The notes beneath the pieces are model-generated. The model was not told the DNA's origin. It made no database searches and worked only from the letters and a program-made list of their open reading frames with translations. Shown in pieces: positions 27,640 through 41,972 of a DNA stretch of 58,586 bases. The stretch comes from Girardia tigrina (Eukaryota). The translations under genes were made by a program, and so were the position numbers. The stretch is from positions 106,604 through 165,189 of the forward strand of contig MQRK01249112.1 in NCBI GenBank assembly GCA_001938485.1. The letters are read 5' to 3'. How positions within the stretch are numbered: the stretch's first letter is position 1; each line of letters begins with the position of its first letter.

Positions 27640-28398
27640 GAAGTGCCTCATGAATCGACACAAATTCAAGCCGAAAAGCGTTTCGAAACTTGTCAAAAAT
27701 TGTTTGAAAATCTGCGCGATGACCGTTTCATCCGTCGAATTGTAACTTGCGATGAAAAGTGGGTTTACTTCAGTAATCCAGACCATCAAAATCAATGGTT
27801 GGACCCCGGACAAAAGGTGAAACCGGTAGCGAAATGAGATCGTTTCTCAAGGAAGGCACTTTTGTGTGTTTGGTGGAATTTCGAAGCCGTGATTCACTTC
27901 GAGCTGGTTTCAAATGGTCGTACCATCGACGCTGACCTTTACTGTGCCCAACTTGATCGAATGTATGCGGCACTTGGCGAGAAATACCGCGCTTTGATCA
28001 ATCGAAAGCCAGTTCTTCTACAACAGGACAATGCAAAACCGCACACCGTCAAACAAACAGGAAAAAATCAGAAATCTCGACGCCTTTCAACTTCTTCCAC
28101 GCCCAGCGTATAATCCGGATCTTGCGCCGTCCGACTATCACATTTTCCGCTCTATGGCACACTTTCTTCGTGGTCGCAGCTTCAATAATCTGGCCGAGGT
28201 CGAAAACGGGTGTCACCAGTTCTTCGCTTCTAAGAACAAGGATTGGTACCGCAGCGGGATCGCACAACTTGCCCATAGATGGGTTCAAGCTATAGATTCA
28301 AATGACCTTTACTTTGAAACTTAAATGTTTTTTATTTGTTGTAAAATTATGTTTAAATTTTTAATAAAAAATACGAAAAGACTTTTGGTTCACTCTAA
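27640..28398 (+). mobile_element. Mariner element, 5'-truncated pseudogene
   Basis: IVTCDEKWV, CVWW, QQDNAKPH and YNPDLAPSDY (DD34D) motifs; ends in a TIR followed by TA. Confidence 0.9.
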
Positions 28399-28529
28399 TA
28401 GAATACTTTTTTAATAATTATTTTTGTTATCATGACTTGCATAAATAATGGTAGATTATTGGTATATTTTTTGTTTTATTAAATTATTCTTTATTTGATT
28501 TGCAAAACATCATTTAAAAATTTTACCCG

Positions 28530-29594
28530 AGTCATGCTACATCCACGAGAATATCACAGTGTAATAAAATTATTCATTTTGCGAGGTGAGAAGAATGAAA
28601 AACTTAAAACTCAGTTGATGGAAACTTATGGGAATACTTTCACTTCACGCACTACCATCTATTATTTGATTAGTCAGTTTAGACATGGTCGAGAATCAAT
28701 GTGTGATGATTAAAAATGTGGTTGCCCATGTGAAATTTCTAAAGAAAGAAAGTGGAGTGTGCCAGGATTATGAGCTAGGAGCGACGAATTACCACAAGAA
28801 AACTGTCGGAGATATTGAATGTGAGTACAGGAAGCGTGGGAATCATTTTGAGTGATTTTAGAATTCGGAAATTGGCATCCAGATTCATTCCATGCTTCCT
28901 TACCATGGAAATGTGTCAAAATAGGCTGGAATGCTGCTCAGCAAATCTTCGCCTCTTTGATGAGCATGGAGACAATTTCTTGAAGAATATCATCACTGAG
29001 GATGAAACACCACTGTCATTGTATATTCCAGAGTCTAAAAGAGAATCAGCTGAATGGAGAAAGAGAATCTGTTTCCAGGAAGCTCCGATGTGGTACATCC
29101 CATCGGAAATCCGTGATACTGAGCATTTTCTAGTATTACACTGGTGTCTTATTAGTCGATATTGCTGGCAAAGGTGTTCACATAAACTCCACGAACTATA
29201 GTGTCTTATTCAGAAGTGCAGACGTGCTCGACGAAAGCCGCGTGGCTATCCACTGAGACTATTACAAGATAATGCTTCTATTCATAAAAGTGCTGAAACA
29301 ATGGAAACAATTTCTAAAAGTAGATTTGGGTTGCTGGATCACTCTCCATACAGTCAGGATCTCGCACCAAGTGGTTTTTACCTATTTAGTAACATGAAAA
29401 GACATTTGAGATGTCAAAAGTTTGAAAATGCTGATGATCTGCGTCAGTGCGTGGAGAATTTCCTGAAGGAGCAGCCACCAATTTTCTACAAAAATGCTTT
29501 CTTGGAACTTGTTAATCATTGGAAGAAGTGTGTGGCTCATGAAGGGTCTTATGTTGAGAAATATACCTATAGAGAATTTTCAATAATAAAATAA
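28530..29594 (+). mobile_element. Degenerate mariner-like transposase
   Basis: RFIPCFLT, IITEDET, LQDNA..H and SPYSQDLAPSGFYLF motifs across frameshifts. Confidence 0.8.
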
Positions 29595-30488
29595 CACAAA
29601 AAACGTCAAATTTAAAATTCAAAAATATCTTGTAAATAAAATTATTTTCATTTCAAAAAAAACATTTCAGAGCGAATATGATATATGAATTTATTAACAC
29701 AGAATTGTTTAAATACTCTGATAAAAAGCAAAATTCAAAAAAAGCAATTAAAATTACAAATTAATTTTGTGTATCGACGATAATTTTCGTATTTGTAATT
29801 ATACTGAATTTTCAAATTTATTTTCCTGAGTAAATTTTGGTTTTTTTTTCAAAATTTTTATTATTGGAAATGATTTTATATGAGTTTTTTCGGGATCGGT
29901 GCACCGGGGCAAGATGGCCGCCAAAACTCATTTACCAAAGTGCCAACCTATAACGGTGCTTTCTTTATTGGTGGTTATTAGGTTCGTGATTGAAATCAGA
30001 ATTCATAATTTGCAAACTTTTATTTCTACTACAATTTTCATTATTGAAACAAATTTATGAGGAACTATTTCAATTTCATAATCCAGATCTAAAAATTCTA
30101 AGTATACATAATAATATCGATAAATAAATAAATATGTTATTTTATTCAATTTTTTATAAATTTAGATCTTTAAAAATATTTTGAAAATTCAATTTAAACA
30201 TAGTGATTATTAATAATTTAAACTATAAATTATTTCTCTTTAATAAAACATTTTATTTCTTTTTAACAAAAATTTGCAAAAACCATTTACAACTTTAAGA
30301 TACAATTCACAAAACTGAAATACAGCAAATATTATTTTATTTTTGAATATAAATCACGATTTTTAAAAAACACAAATATTAATCACTATTTAAATTTATT
30401 ATCATTTAATAGAGATTTTAATTATAAAATTTTAAAATATTTATATATCTATATTTTATTAATTATTTATGGAATTAACTTTTTAAAA

Positions 30489-32234
30489 NNNNNNNNNNNN
30501 NNNNNNNNNNNNNNNNNNNNNNNNNNNNNNNNNNNNNNNNNNNNNNNNNNNNNNNNNNNNNNNNNNNNNNNNNNNNNNNNNNNNNNNNNNNNNNNNNNNN
30601 NNNNNNNNNNNNNNNNNNNNNNNNNNNNNNNNNNNNNNNNNNNNNNNNNNNNNNNNNNNNNNNNNNNNNNNNNNNNNNNNNNNNNNNNNNNNNNNNNNNN
30701 NNNNNNNNNNNNNNNNNNNNNNNNNNNNNNNNNNNNNNNNNNNNNNNNNNNNNNNNNNNNNNNNNNNNNNNNNNNNNNNNNNNNNNNNNNNNNNNNNNNN
30801 NNNNNNNNNNNNNNNNNNNNNNNNNNNNNNNNNNNNNNNNNNNNNNNNNNNNNNNNNNNNNNNNNNNNNNNNNNNNNNNNNNNNNNNNNNNNNNNNNNNN
30901 NNNNNNNNNNNNNNNNNNNNNNNNNNNNNNNNNNNNNNNNNNNNNNNNNNNNNNNNNNNNNNNNNNNNNNNNNNNNNNNNNNNNNNNNNNNNNNNNNNNN
31001 NNNNNNNNNNNNNNNNNNNNNNNNNNNNNNNNNNNNNNNNNNNNNNNNNNNNNNNNNNNNNNNNNNNNNNNNNNNNNNNNNNNNNNNNNNNNNNNNNNNN
31101 NNNNNNNNNNNNNNNNNNNNNNNNNNNNNNNNNNNNNNNNNNNNNNNNNNNNNNNNNNNNNNNNNNNNNNNNNNNNNNNNNNNNNNNNNNNNNNNNNNNN
31201 NNNNNNNNNNNAGGGTTTCATAGCCCAACTCATTAAGCTTTTGAAGAGTCACTTTTGAAATATGAGGTCTAGCGTTATCATGAAGAAGGATGGGACTTTT
31301 TCGATTGACCAATCCCGGACAAAGAGTTTCCAATTTTTTATGCTTTTCATCAATTTCATGACAGTACCTCTCCGCTGTGATTGTTTCACCTGGATTCAAG
31401 AAACTATAGCGGATGATTCCAGCATCACACCACCAAACTGTCACAATAACCTTACGGGGTGTTAGTTTCGGTTTCGGAAAGTGTTTCGGTACTTTATCTT
31501 TGTCCAACCACTGTGCAGATCGACGTCGGTTATCATACAGGATCCATTTCTCATCACAGGTAATAATACATCATTGTATTATAATATTATAATACATCAC
31601 AGTAACAATACGATCAAGAAATGGATCGTTTTTATTGCGAAGATGATTGGCAGAACAAATTTCATAGCGTCAGTTCTTTTGATTTTCATTCAAATCATGT
31701 GGAACCAATTTATCAAGTTTCTTGATTTTTCCAAGTTGTTTTAAATGATCCAGGACTGTTAAATGACTAATGCCCAACCCATCTGCAAGTTCTTTGATTG
31801 TTGTACGGGGATCTGTTTCCACCATTGTCCTCAAATTGTCGTTGTTCACAGCAACTGGACGACCACGACCTTCTTCATCTTCAAGGTTTTCATCTCCATC
31901 AGAAAATTTTCGGAACCATCGTTGCACTGTGCGCTCAGAAGCTGTTCCCTTGCCAAATGCTTTATTGATATTGCGAGCCGTTTCTGCTGCTTTACGACCC
32001 ACTTTAAATTCGTACAAGAAAATTGCTCGAATTTTAATTTTTCCATTATTAATTTAGCACCGTAAATATTCTTAAAAATAACAGCAATATGTTAATAATG
32101 GCTATAGGAATATACAGCTAGGCATAAGATTTCAAATAATATCTAACACTAATGCATTTAAACTTATATGCATATCAAAGTAGATAAACAAAGTATATAG
32201 CTCAAAAACCGCAATTATTTTTCGACCAACCTAA
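30489..32234 (-). mobile_element. Mariner element (cecropia-like), copy 1, 3' part in a gap
   Basis: MYEFKVGRKAAETARNIN, LVPHDL, VWW and HDNARPH motifs; TIR TTAGGTTGGTCGAAA at 32234 flanked by TA. Confidence 0.9.
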
Positions 32235-32924
32235 TATTAGAGTTACTTTAGTACTTTTATATGATTAGTGTTCCTCTGTTGTAATATGAGGCTCCTGTTT
32301 TTTTGCTTTCTTACTTAGTCCGGGTACTTATAGGGCACACCACGTAGAAAGTAAGCTAATATAAAGAATGGAAAAAATAAACATGTGCTCTACGAAAAAA
32401 TCTAGAAATCATGAGCAACATTCCCTTGGATTTTATTAACGAATTCGTCGACTTAATACTTGATCGTTGTAAAGCTAATTTAGCTGCGAAAGGATATGCT
32501 ACAAAACATTAATAAAATTAAAAATTTCTATAGATTCTTGTAAAAAAATTCTTTTTCAATCAAATTTAAAATTATCCTCATACCTTTCCAAGGGTTAAAA
32601 TAAAAAAAATATGTTTTGTTTTATAAAATATTAACAAAATTAAAAAACAATTTGCGTTAAAGCTTATAAAAAATAACATAGCTGGTCAAAATTTAAGCTT
32701 GCTAGCGCGCAATAAACTCGTGACTTACATGTGGAAATCTGATCCACTCAGCGAAAAGACATCAAAATCGTCGTTAATTAAGCTATGAATTTTGTGGAAA
32801 ATCAACCGAAATATATTGCAATTAAATTAAAATTTAATTTTACCAATGGTGTTGTTAAACGTGAATTGTTTTTTATTCTTTTTAATTTTCCATCATTATC
32901 ACAGCGAGTTTATTTTTCATTCAG

Positions 32925-33002
32925 ACTACAGAAACTAAATTAACGAACGTATTGCAAGAAAATTTCAGTTTAAAATCGATTATTGAAGAGAGAAACAATG
33001 AG
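32925..33002 (+). CDS. CEP63: CEP63/DEUP1-family coding exon 2
   Basis: TTCATTCAG acceptor and GTAAGT donor; 26 codons TTETKLTNVLQENFSLKSIIEERNNE; phase 0/0. Confidence 0.75.
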
Positions 33003-35153
33003 GTAAGTAATTTAGAAAGGCTATCTGTTCGGAATTTAAATTGTTATTATATGTTGATTTATTATCAGTATTTATTTCGTTAATCCTTCTGAACCTCAAA
33101 GTTGAAATTCAAACCATTTTCGAATCATTTGAATAATAATCACTAATTATTTTATTAATCCCTTGTGATATGCTATATATGTGTGTATATATGTTAAAAT
33201 GTTAAATTGAGAGTTGTTGGGTCTATGTTGGTAGATTGGGATATGAATATTCCGAGGGCGATGTCACTTGGGTTTTTCCTCAACGTGGAGGGATCGACAT
33301 TGACGGAGTGTGGTGGAGTTGCTTTAAGATGATGGAGAATGAATGCTTGTCGCAGTTGTTTGAAAGTTGTTTGAAGCTCAATATCCCAAATTATGTGAAT
33401 TTGAACCATTTAATGAGTGTAAATATGAACGGTGTGATGATGTCTCTAAGTTTCATCGATCAGTTGAATGCCGGTTTAAGAAAATTGACTGATAATATAC
33501 TTTCTGTAAAATTAAAGATTCAGATGTGATAGCGAATCTCTAATTTTACTATGTAACTACTAATCTATCGATATCAAACTAGATTAATCTAAAAAAAATG
33601 TCGATTTAGACCAACCTAGTCGTGATTAAAATAGCGCAGTAATAATAATAATCAACAAAATAAAAAAACAACGTTACAGCAATTTTTATTCACAAACCAA
33701 CATTAAATAATCTTACGTCTAATAAAACGTTCAAATAATATCTAGTCCGAGCATTCAATAATATCTACGGTAACAAATTATTGTATTTTATAATCGATTC
33801 CAATTTGTAATTAAGTAATAATTTGTAATTTAGTAATACTTAATTTTAACCGCCTTAAAGCGAATATTTGACCACTCGTCGTTCCAATTAACCATCAAAA
33901 CTATTTCCAGGCAAAACTATTTAAATGAGATCATTTAAAGTGTCTTTCGTTCTTCAAAACTTAATTTCACTTTCATTTATATTCTCGACGCTTTCTTTTG
34001 ATTTTGAATTAGATTATCGATGAAACGAAAATCCAAAATAAAAATTTAAAAAAAATTGACAAAATTTCGTAATTTGCATTTGAATTTTTGTTGCGAGTTT
34101 TGATGATGATAAATTAGAGGACATTCCGAACGATCGTTTGCAATTAAGAGACTCGCGATAAACATAACGATACTTATATTTATAAAAATGTCAATAATTC
34201 GCGAATTAATGTGGTGAAAATTGTGAGTGTGATTATCACAATATTTGTGGCCGTTTCGATCTTTGCGAGTTGTATTATTTCGCTTTTACATAATTCGTAT
34301 GAAGTTGACATTCGAATATTCGACGAATTAGGGAATTTCAATTGAATTCGTTCTTACGTTCCTGTATTTCCCTTCGATTTTTGGCGTTTCAAAAATTAAA
34401 CTCTCACAAATTTTTGTAATATTTTTCTGTACAAGAACGGTAAGAAAATTTTGTAAGTATTATTTCTATTCGATAATTTTGCTTTTGTTTTCTTTCTAAT
34501 AACTCGATTATCATAAAAAAAACAACGACAAGCCAATCACACACCATGAACGAAAACAACAATACACACACAAAACCCCATCGACTCAGACTTTGTACAT
34601 AAACCAAAAGGAAGACAGAATCACACGCATTCCTATCACTCGGAATTGAGATATCACACTTTCGTTACCCATGTTACGTTTTTTTGTGCCTGGGATCGCC
34701 ACAATATCTTATTTAGGTAGCCAAAAATATCGCGCGATCACGTCCCCAGAATAGAATGAACAAATATTTGACGCTAATAATGTAATGGCCACGTGTAATT
34801 ATAGTCATTTTACTGTCACCACTATGTATTTGTTGAAGTATGGGGTGGAACAATTCTTTTTGCACAGGAGCTATCATTTATTTTCATAATAAGTAAAGAA
34901 GTTATGTACAATTTCATTGTTACGTTACAAGTCTCAATTCTTCAAATCATTCTTCTAATAGTTTTGAACAATTTGGTAACAAAGCTTGCTTATGTATTAA
35001 TTTTTTATAAATTAAAACTTTTTCGTAAAAATGTGAAATTATTTTACAAACTTATTATGTTAGATAATCCTTAACATTTTGAAAAAATATTTATAACAGT
35101 TATTTACTTCTAATTAAATTGTTGTGATTACCTAAATTAGGTTTCATTTACAG

Positions 35154-35615
35154 ATAGCCAATTTCAAGAACCGTATGAAATATAAAGATAATGTATCAAA
35201 TATATTTGATTATGATCAAGAAGTTTTACATTTAAGATTAGAATTATCTCAAATCAAAAAGTCTTATGAAAAGTATTATCATAAATATACAAAGAAAACC
35301 AAAGAAATTGAAAAGGATAAAGAGGAGTTATGTAAAGAAAAAATTGAGTTGTTGAAAGAGGTAAACGAATTAAGAAATTTACAGCGGCAATATAATGATG
35401 AAAAAATTCACTATCAAGAACAAATAAGAGAGATTGAATTAAAGAAAACCACTACAATGTTAGATCGTGAAACTTTAAATGAACAATTAAAACTTTTAAA
35501 AGTTGATTATAATGATCAACTAAATAAATTTGTTGAAGCTGAACAAAGATATTTACAACATATAAAAGAATTGGAAAATAAATTACAAGAATCCAAAAAT
35601 TCTCTACAACACGAA
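35154..35615 (+). CDS. CEP63: CEP63/DEUP1-family coding exon 3
   Basis: TTTACAG acceptor. DYDQEVLHLRLELSQIKKSYEK resembles CEP63 EYKQELKKL..EL..LKRSYEK. Heptad coiled coil; GTAAAC donor. Confidence 0.8.
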
Positions 35616-35658
35616 GTAAACTTGTATTATTAATATTATTATTATTATGTAAAAATAG

Positions 35659-35894
35659 ACAGAAGAATACAATAGCAAACTTAATGATATCATGCAACAC
35701 CTGAAGAAATCGTTGGATGAAAAACAACAATTAATCATTGATAATGAATCCGCCAAACGAATGATAATTCGTTTGGAGAATGAATTAAGTAGAGTCAGTA
35801 CTGAAAATAAAGTTAAAGAAAAAAATATATGTAAGATGGAGCAGGTTATCAAGGTCTCGGAAAAAACGATTATTGAAAAGAATGAAGTTATCAG
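35659..35894 (+). CDS. CEP63: CEP63/DEUP1-family coding exon 4
   Basis: Follows a 43-nt GT-AG intron; coiled coil TEEYNSKLNDIMQHLKKSL...; ends in phase 2 at AG|GTATT. Confidence 0.75.
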
Positions 35895-36356
35895 GTATTA
35901 ATGTTTTTCATTAAGATACATTAATTATTTTCTTTCTATTAGTCTGTGTACTTTATTCTTCTTTTTATATTGATCATTTACCTTTTCGATTGATTTTTAA
36001 TTACTAATTTAGGAAAAAATATTTGCAATATGTACATTTCATGTTTTTTTACATCTTTCATGTAAAATCTCTACTAAATTATATTTAATTAATATAAATT
36101 AAATTCGTATTATTATTTTGTTACTGCCAAAATTTTTATGTCTCTATTTCATAAGTACATTTTTATTTACATAAAAATCATTTTTTAAAGATTATTAAAC
36201 AGTTAGTTTCCAAATTATATTTGACTCTTAATTTTTTTTAATTTTAACTTATAATGATTTTTTTTCAATCAATTTTTAAGTCTTCGTTGTGTTTCATTTT
36301 TTAAAATGTTTGTTTGGAAATATAAAAGCAATATATGAAATAACAAATAATACAAA

Positions 36357-37460
36357 TGTGAGGAATATTTGGTGTGTGGATGTTTTTGTGTAGTGTTTGC
36401 ATGTTTAAATGTTGTATGTTGATTTGGGATTGTGCCTCTCCTAACCAGATGGAGAGTGTACTATGCTGGTAGTAAAAAGGTTTATGACTATTTGAAAGAT
36501 GATTTTGATATGGTTAATATGAGAGAGATAATTAAGGAAATTGTAAAATGTTGCATAAACTGTCAAAAAGAAAGACTTTAACCACAAAAAAGAAAGAAAG
36601 TTTATTTATTTATTAAACAATTTGCTGATGAACCATTTCAAAAGCTTTATATGGATTTTTGCGGACCATTTAAAAGGACTTTAAATGAATATCAATATAT
36701 ATATTAGCTATAATTGATCAATTTAGCAGGTATATAAGTCTAAATGCTGTAATTCATCAAGATGAGAAAACTGCTCGGAAGGTACTACTGGAGAGATGGA
36801 ATTGGAAATTCGGACCACCAAAAGAGATCCATGTGGATAGAGGTAAAGCATTCGAATCGACACTCTTCAAAGACACACTGAAGAAATAATTTACTCCAGT
36901 CCTTATCATCACAATACGAATGGCATCATTGAAAGACAATTTAGAACTATTAGAGATGCTATGAACATAAAGATAAAAGATTAAGCCAACAAAGATTGGA
37001 CGGAAATTTTGCCAGAAGTAGAATTTATGATGAACAGCACAATTCAAGCTACCACAGGAATCTCACCAGCAGAAATAATATTTGGTAGGAATCTAAGACA
37101 TTGGTGGAAAGATACTAAGAAACAGAGTTGTAATAAGAAAGAAAAGAGCGAAAATAAAATAGAGACAAAACGAATATTTCATACAGGGGATAAAGTGTTG
37201 ATAAAAAAAGAAAATGCTACAAAGGAAGAAGATCGATATATGGGTCCAGCCACAGTAAAAAGCAGAAGACATGAAAGAAGTTATGAATTGGAGCTAGAAG
37301 ATGGTAGAATTTTGATCAGAAATGTGGAATGACTAAAGCCATTTAAATTGAGGGGGATGTGAGGAATATTTGGTGTGTGGATGTTTTTGTGTAGTTTTTG
37401 CGTGTTCAAATGTTGTATGTTGATTTGGGATTGTGCCTCTCCTAACCAGATGGATTATCA
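36357..37460 (+). mobile_element. Internally deleted Ty3/Gypsy element: two ~100-bp LTR-like repeats flanking an integrase remnant
   Basis: Direct repeats at 36357-36453 and 37358-37454; polypurine tract AAATTGAGGGGGA before the second. Integrase motifs: CINCQK, MDFCGPF, IHVDRG, NGIIER, GISPAEIIFGR and a GPY/F-like YMGP. Confidence 0.85.
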
Positions 37461-38136
37461 ATATTTAATTTTTTATAATTTAAACTAATTTATTTAAATT
37501 TAGATTTAATATTCAAATTTTTAATTTTTATTATTGCAACTTTTAAATAATTTTATTGATTTTATTTTTGTAAATTTTTAAATAATTAAAATCAAATTAA
37601 TGTTTAAAAATGACTATAAAAATATTTTATTTCAGCCAATAAAATTTAAATTAAATATTTTTAAATAAAATAATCTTCTCAAGTATAGTTCAGATTATAA
37701 TGAGAGATATGAAAAATTGATTGATGGATCTAAGTGAAAGCAATACTATTGATCATCATAAAGATGATAAGAGATGTGAATGTAATAAATGTTCTGTCAA
37801 ATGTGTGAGTTCTCTTAACAACAAATATTAGAGGTTCAGGAAACATCGTTGGAATTATTAATATGAGTTATTTCAGACATCAAAACTTATTATACGACAA
37901 AAAATGTTTAAATCTAATATTTAAACAAACTTATTATTTTTTTTGAGAAACAATTTGTTTTATAAATCTTAAATAAAAATACTTATAAATATTCATATTT
38001 GATTTTTTTATTACTTTTATAAATCAATTTTCAATTACGATATCATTTTAAAATATTTAATCGTTTTGTTTAATTTTTTTGATTTTTTAAAAATCGTTCC
38101 ACGTATAAAAATTATACATTTTAATTTTATATTATA

Positions 38137-39354
38137 TTAGGTTGGTCGAAATATAATGGCGGTTTTGGGACACAAACTTCAAAGACGTGCAAATTCACAG
38201 AAACAAAAGTTTATTAATCAAAGTATGAACCGTTGGCATCAATAGATTTTTGCCAACGAGAAACAAGTTGTTTTATTCCATCAGCATAAAATGCATCGAT
38301 TCTCGAAGCGATGAATTCTTGGAAGGCATTTTGAGCATCATTTTGGTTTTTGAAATTTTTTTCACGTAGGAAGTTGTACAAATGCCTGAAAAAGTAGAAG
38401 TCCGTTGGCGAGAGGTCTGGTGAANNNNNNNNNNNNNNNNNNNNNNNNNNNNNNNNNNNNNNNNNNNNNNNNNNNNNNNNNNNNNNNNNNNNNNNNNNNN
38501 NNNNNNNNNNNNNNNNNNNNNNNNNNNNNNNNNNNNNNNNNNNNNNNNNNNNNNNNNNNNNNNNNNNNNNNNNNNNNNNNNNNNNNNNNNNNNNNNNNNN
38601 NNNNNNNNNNNNNNNNNNNNNNNNNNNTCGGTTTTGGAAAGTGTTTCGGTACTTCATCTTTGTCCAACCACTGTGCAGATCGACGTCGGTTATCATACAG
38701 GATCCATTTCTCATCATAGGTAACAATACGATCAAGAAATGGATCGATTTTATTGCGAAGATGATTGGCAGAACAAATTTCATAGCGTCGGTTCTTTTGA
38801 TTTTCATTCAAATCATGTGGAACCTATTTATCAAGTTTCTTGATTTTCCCAAGTTGTTTTAAATGATCCAGGACTGTTGAATGACTAATGCCTAACCCAT
38901 CTGCAAGTTCTTTGATTGTTGTACGGGGATCTGTTTCCACCATTGTTCTCAAATTGTCGTCGTTCACAGCAACTGGACGACCAATACCTTCTTCATCTTC
39001 AAGGTTTTCATCTCCATCATAAAAATTTCGGAACCATCCTTGCACTGTGCGCTCAGAAGCTGTTCCCTTGCCAAACGCTTTATTGATATTACGAGCCGTT
39101 TCTGCTGCTTTACGACCCAGTTTAAATTCGTACAAGAAAATTGCTCGAATTTTAATTTTTCCATTATTAATTTAGCACCGTAAATATTCTTAAAAATAAC
39201 AGCAATATTTTAATAATGGCTATAGGAATATACATCTAGGCATAAGATTTCAAATAATATCTAACACTAATGCATTTAAACTTATATATATATATCAAAG
39301 TAGATAAACAAAGTATATAGCTCAAAAAGCGCCATTATTTTTCGACCAACCTAA
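38137..39354 (-). mobile_element. Mariner element (cecropia-like), copy 2, both TIRs present
   Basis: TA-TTAGGTTGGTCGAAA...TTTCGACCAACCTAA-TA; near-identical to copy 1; SPDLSPTDF motif; premature stop. Confidence 0.92.
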
Positions 39355-40393
39355 TATTTAAAACTCTCAAAAATTTTTAATTATTAACAATTTAATTAGA
39401 TCTTCATAATTTTAGTAATTTATATTTTCAAACGTTACATATTTAATTATATATAAATTTTAATTTGTACATATTTAATTTAAACTTCTTTCAAAAATTT
39501 TCCTACAATTTTTAATTCCTAACAAGAAATATTGTCTTGAAAGGGATATGATGTTTGATACAAATTTATTTAATATATTAATATTTTGTAATGCTACCAT
39601 TCTCGAATTATGGCTTCAATGCGTTGTGATATGATTTCTATGCAGACTAACAGTTTAATGAATATATATTATTATAATGCGAAACTCTGACAATGATCTC
39701 TATTAAATGTTGCTTGTTTGTAATGACTTGCTTAGCCACTGCCATTTTCGTGATTTCCTTTATGATTGGCTAGCCAATTAGAGCGAGTGGTTGATTACAA
39801 TGAATTCTAAATTCACTTTTTTGATTTCATGTTTTCCGGTTGAATTTTTCGTTGTATCAAAACTGATTGAATTTATTTATTGTTTCGAAAGCAATTGAAT
39901 TATTATTGTTGATTACGATTCATTTTATTAATTTTTGTGGACGAAAACGATGCATTTAATATTTTTGTAACGAAATCGATTGATATTTTTGTTGATGAAA
40001 ACGATTAATTATTTCTGTGTTTCCAAAAAAACGTTTAATTTTCTTTAGGTGATTAACATTAAAGATTTGCTGATAATAAATTTAATTTGCTCAAATTTTA
40101 AAATTATTTGATTCTGATTTCGAAGATGATCTATCTGAATAATTTTAGAACAAAATTGGCCCATCACTTCGAATTATCCCAGCTCTTATCATTCCTTCGC
40201 GCTTCTGCTACCACTGTCCTGTCTTCGGGGTAACCTGGGGTTCTCGTGGAACACTGAGTGTAAAGGACTTTTCTTTAAAAAAATTAGTGGTAAACAATTT
40301 TCTAAAACTCAATCAAAAATTAATTTTAATTTTATTTTTGTTTTAAAAAATCAACTTTCAACCTTAAATTCATAATAATATTACTTTTTTATG

Positions 40394-40757
40394 TACTCTA
40401 AAACTTCTAATAATCCCCCACGGGGATTATTCTATTTTTTTTAAATTTGAAAAAAGGACATTTTAAAAAGGATTAGTAGACATTTTTCAAAATCAAAAAT
40501 TTTTTTTAGAAAATCAAATTTATTCATCAATTTCTGAATAGCTAGATTCCGAATAGTCCTCACCATCAAGAACTTGATTTATACTAGCACAATAATTTGT
40601 TCTAAATTTGATACCAGATTGTGTATCTTTTTATTTTAAAATTTTTATTTAAAAAATTTTCAGCATGGGGAATTATTAGAAGTGGGGGATTATTCTCGAG
40701 AAAAAAATTGATCAGAAAAAATAGCTGTACTGAGGGATTATTAGAAGTTATAGAGTA
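40394..40757. mobile_element. TA-flanked MITE (Tc1/pogo-type)
   Basis: TACTCTAAAACTTCTAATAATCCC ... GGGATTATTAGAAGTTATAGAGTA. Confidence 0.75.
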
Positions 40758-41384
40758 TTCTACTCCTAAAAAATTTGAAAAAGATTGTTGTTAATTTATT
40801 TTGAATTTTACTTTTTAAAAAATTAATTCGAATGGTTTTCATTAAAATACTAGAAAAATTGACCAAATTATCTTTATTTGATGTCAAAACGATTCCACAA
40901 GTGCAAATAAAATACCAACAGGGTTAATTAAACTATTAAACCCGTCTATACCATTTAAACATTATTCATTATTTCATGATAATTAAAATTTTATCACGTT
41001 ATTAATTGCTTCTTTAAAGTTTATTATTACAAATCCTATTGGAACTAACAAATATATTTAGTACAATAAAACACCAATTTTCAAACTAGTTAGGAAAATC
41101 AAAATTCCAAATTTAATACAATCATATCACAAGATTACAATTATTAAAATATTCCTCACAGCTCCTTCATACGTTCACTATGTTCATCCATTGTTTTAAA
41201 ATCAATTTGTGCTTCTCATCTGTCAAATTACAACCTTGCCTAAAAATATTCTTTTATAAAAAATTAAGTAACGATAGAGGTTTAACTAAAGTTAGATTAA
41301 ATGTATCATTATGATGGCACTGAAATATCAAAAATAATGAATACGGATTACTTAATTATGCATCTCAATATTTATAATGTTTAA

Positions 41385-41616
41385 CCCTTGAATGCATCTT
41401 GTATCAAAAATGATACAACAAACGTTTGAAAGTGCCATGCATCCAGTTTGTGTAAATAATTGCTGTCCTTTGTAAATAAATTATCTTTGTACATTTTTGT
41501 CTATGACGATTATAACAAAACATGTCAAAACTCCCGCCAATATTGATATAAACGTCAAAATAATATAAACAGAAAAAAATATTTCATGAAAAAATAAAAA
41601 ATCATGCATTTAAGGG
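41385..41616. mobile_element. piggyBac MITE
   Basis: TTAA-CCCTTGAATGCAT ... ATGCATTTAAGGG-TTAA. Confidence 0.85.
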
Positions 41617-41972
41617 TTAATTACTGATAAAAGTGAAATAACATTCAAACTAGAAAAACTAAAGTGTCCTGGTAAATAATATTTGTTATTTTTTAGTACA
41701 AAAAAATAGGAGAAAAAAAGTAAAAAAGTAATAGAAGAGAATAACTAATGATGTAGTTGGACTTTTTATTTTTCTCTAAGTTGTATTTCTTCCACATCCG
41801 ACAGATTATAACTTACCACTGTTTATAAAAACTAATTTATTTATTGTTTCTATAAGAAATAACAAATATTTTATTCTTGTTTGATGAAAAGTTCTCTTTC
41901 CTTGAACTTTAATTTCACATTAAATTGTAAAATTGTTTATTTTCTTTATGATTGTAATGCGTTCTTTATCAG

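Noticed and set aside
25078-31507. Long ORFs made mostly of X in the ORF track
   Set aside because: Artefacts of translating through N-gaps.
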